Source: a virus (lineage: Duplodnaviria > Caudoviricetes). From it: 64,000 nt of DNA. A program made the translations under genes and the position numbers. The stretch is taken from the IMG/VR virus record IMGVR_UViG_3300046366_000047, positions 985 to 64,984 of that record; one strand, given 5' to 3'. Under the pieces are notes generated by a model, which was not told the DNA's origin, ran no database searches, and worked only from the letters and a program-made list of their open reading frames with translations. This document shows positions 62,920 to 64,000 of this stretch, in pieces (the first letter of the stretch is position 1; each line of letters opens with the position of its first letter).

Positions 62920-64000
62920 ATGAATCAGATACAATTACGTTCAGAGAGATTAGTTATACACGCTATCCTCGCAAATCCTTCTTGCATTCATGACGTAATG
63001 AGTAAGATAACGTCTGATATGATTGAATTGCCAGTCAACAGATTATTATTTGAGAACATCACGGAATTGTACATCGTTCAGCAACCGATAAATCTAATTA
63101 CATTAGGTCAACACATTAGCCAATCTAAATCTATTTATCGTAATGATGCGATACAAGAAATGGCATCCATACATTCAGCATTTGATTACACGCAAGCAAG
63201 CGAAGTAAGCAGTGCGATGATGTACCTTATTGGAGAAAGTATACGTCACGAACACATAGACCTAGGCAAGAGCATATCGTTCATGGCTGAGTCAGACGCA
63301 TACGATCCCAAGAAGACTATTGATAAGATTCAAGCGCATATCGCAGACAATAAGTTCAAGGCTATCTCTAACAAAAAAGAATTCACCAATGAGGATCTAC
63401 TCGATGAGTTAGGTAAGCGTATGGCGGATGCATCTAAGCAAGATGGTATCAGTGGTATTCAGACAGGGTATAGTCGATTTGATACCGTTACATCAGGTAT
63501 GCAGCCGACCAACTTCATTATCGTTGCCGCACGTCCTGCTATGGGGAAAGAATTAAAGAATAGCTCTAAGGTATATACGCCTGATGGATTTATTGAAATA
63601 GGTTCTGCTCAAGCTGGAGATAAGGTATTAGGAAGTGATGGAAGACACTATAATATTACAGGTGTATTTCCTCAAGGTAAAAAAGATGTGTATAGGATTT
63701 GGTTTGATGATGGATCGTTTGTTGACTCAGGATTAGAGCATCAATGGGAGATTACTACTAGGAAGGTACGTAAGTCAAAAGATAAAACGCCTATAGTTGT
63801 AACGACAAAGGATATGCTTGATGATGTACTTTTGAGTGATGGTAGAAAGAATTACTCAATAAGAATATGCGAGCCATTACAATTCAACCATGTTAACGTT
63901 GAGATTAACCCATACCTTCTTGGATTCTTGATAGGAGATGGTCATTTATCTGATGGCTCAATTGCATTCAGTAATACTGAGAAAGATGTTATTGAGAAAG
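62920..64000 (+). CDS. dnaB: Replicative DnaB-like helicase with intein (partial, runs off the window)
   Basis: Translated by eye: MNQIQLRSERLVIHAIL...GISGIQTGYSRFD..TSGMQPTNFIIVAARPAMGK, then intein. Confidence 0.9.
   Translation, partial: MNQIQLRSERLVIHAILANPSCIHDVMSKITSDMIELPVNRLLFENITELYIVQQPINLITLGQHISQSKSIYRNDAIQEMASIHSAFDYTQASEVSSAMMYLIGESIRHEHIDLGKSISFMAESDAYDPKKTIDKIQAHIADNKFKAISNKKEFTNEDLLDELGKRMADASKQDGISGIQTGYSRFDTVTSGMQPTNFIIVAARPAMGKELKNSSKVYTPDGFIEIGSAQAGDKVLGSDGRHYNITGVFPQGKKDVYRIWFDDGSFVDSGLEHQWEITTRKVRKSKDKTPIVVTTKDMLDDVLLSDGRKNYSIRICEPLQFNHVNVEINPYLLGFLIGDGHLSDGSIAFSNTEKDVIEK
63550..64000 (+). mobile_element. Intein with LAGLIDADG homing endonuclease domain, inserted in the DnaB Walker A motif (partial)
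   Basis: After GK: ELKNSSKVYTPDG...GDKVLGSDG...PQGKKDVYRIWFDDG...EHQW...PYLLGFLIGDG. Confidence 0.88.

Noticed and set aside
610-62934. Many short ORF-track entries antisense to, or nested in, larger genes (e.g. 6888..7205, 43317..43772, 58548..58955)
   Set aside because: They are shadow frames of well-supported genes and show no independent motifs or initiation context.
1-64000. Stop-codon reassignment as in some crAss-like phages
   Set aside because: Long genes are intact in the standard code, TAA, TAG and TGA all end genes at sensible junctions, and the tRNA found has an ordinary Trp CCA anticodon.

Overview
This 64 kb window is part of a lytic, podovirus-type (crAss-like architecture) dsDNA phage. 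The host is very likely a Bacteroidota bacterium (Flavobacterium-like): TAnnTTTG host-type -7 promoter boxes precede many operons and Shine-Dalgarno motifs are generally not evident. Layout: (1) 1-3650, + strand: nucleotide and DNA metabolism genes (MazG-like pyrophosphohydrolase, DUF1064-type nuclease, SSB), tRNA-Trp and an unusual tRNA-like RNA. (2) 3641-46932, mostly - strand: late region with lysis cassette, fibres, Cys-rich virion proteins, large cargo/ejection proteins, ferritin, muzzle/stabilisation protein, three ring proteins, major capsid, scaffold, portal, large terminase, metallophosphoesterase and HNH. (3) about 46940-47890: divergent non-coding region, possibly the genome end or pac region. 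(4) 47891-64000, + strand: early and replication genes including an amidoligase + class II glutamine amidotransferase pair, many small ORFs, a Rad52/Sak-like annealing protein and a DnaB helicase with an intein, truncated by the window end. The most unusual signals: (a) an array of short genes joined by a conserved ~20-nt junction repeat (TAAACAACAAGAACAATG) that supplies each start codon, suggesting a recombinable gene-cassette system; (b) a tRNA mimic whose anticodon arm is replaced by a long helix; (c) two promoter-proximal ~90-100 nt RNAs sharing a kissing-loop/terminator architecture, one followed by a structured RNA and an HNH gene; (d) a Glu-initiated, probably class 3 intein; (e) a four-member paralogous early protein family. 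All calls come from reading the sequence; no database searches or folding programs were run.
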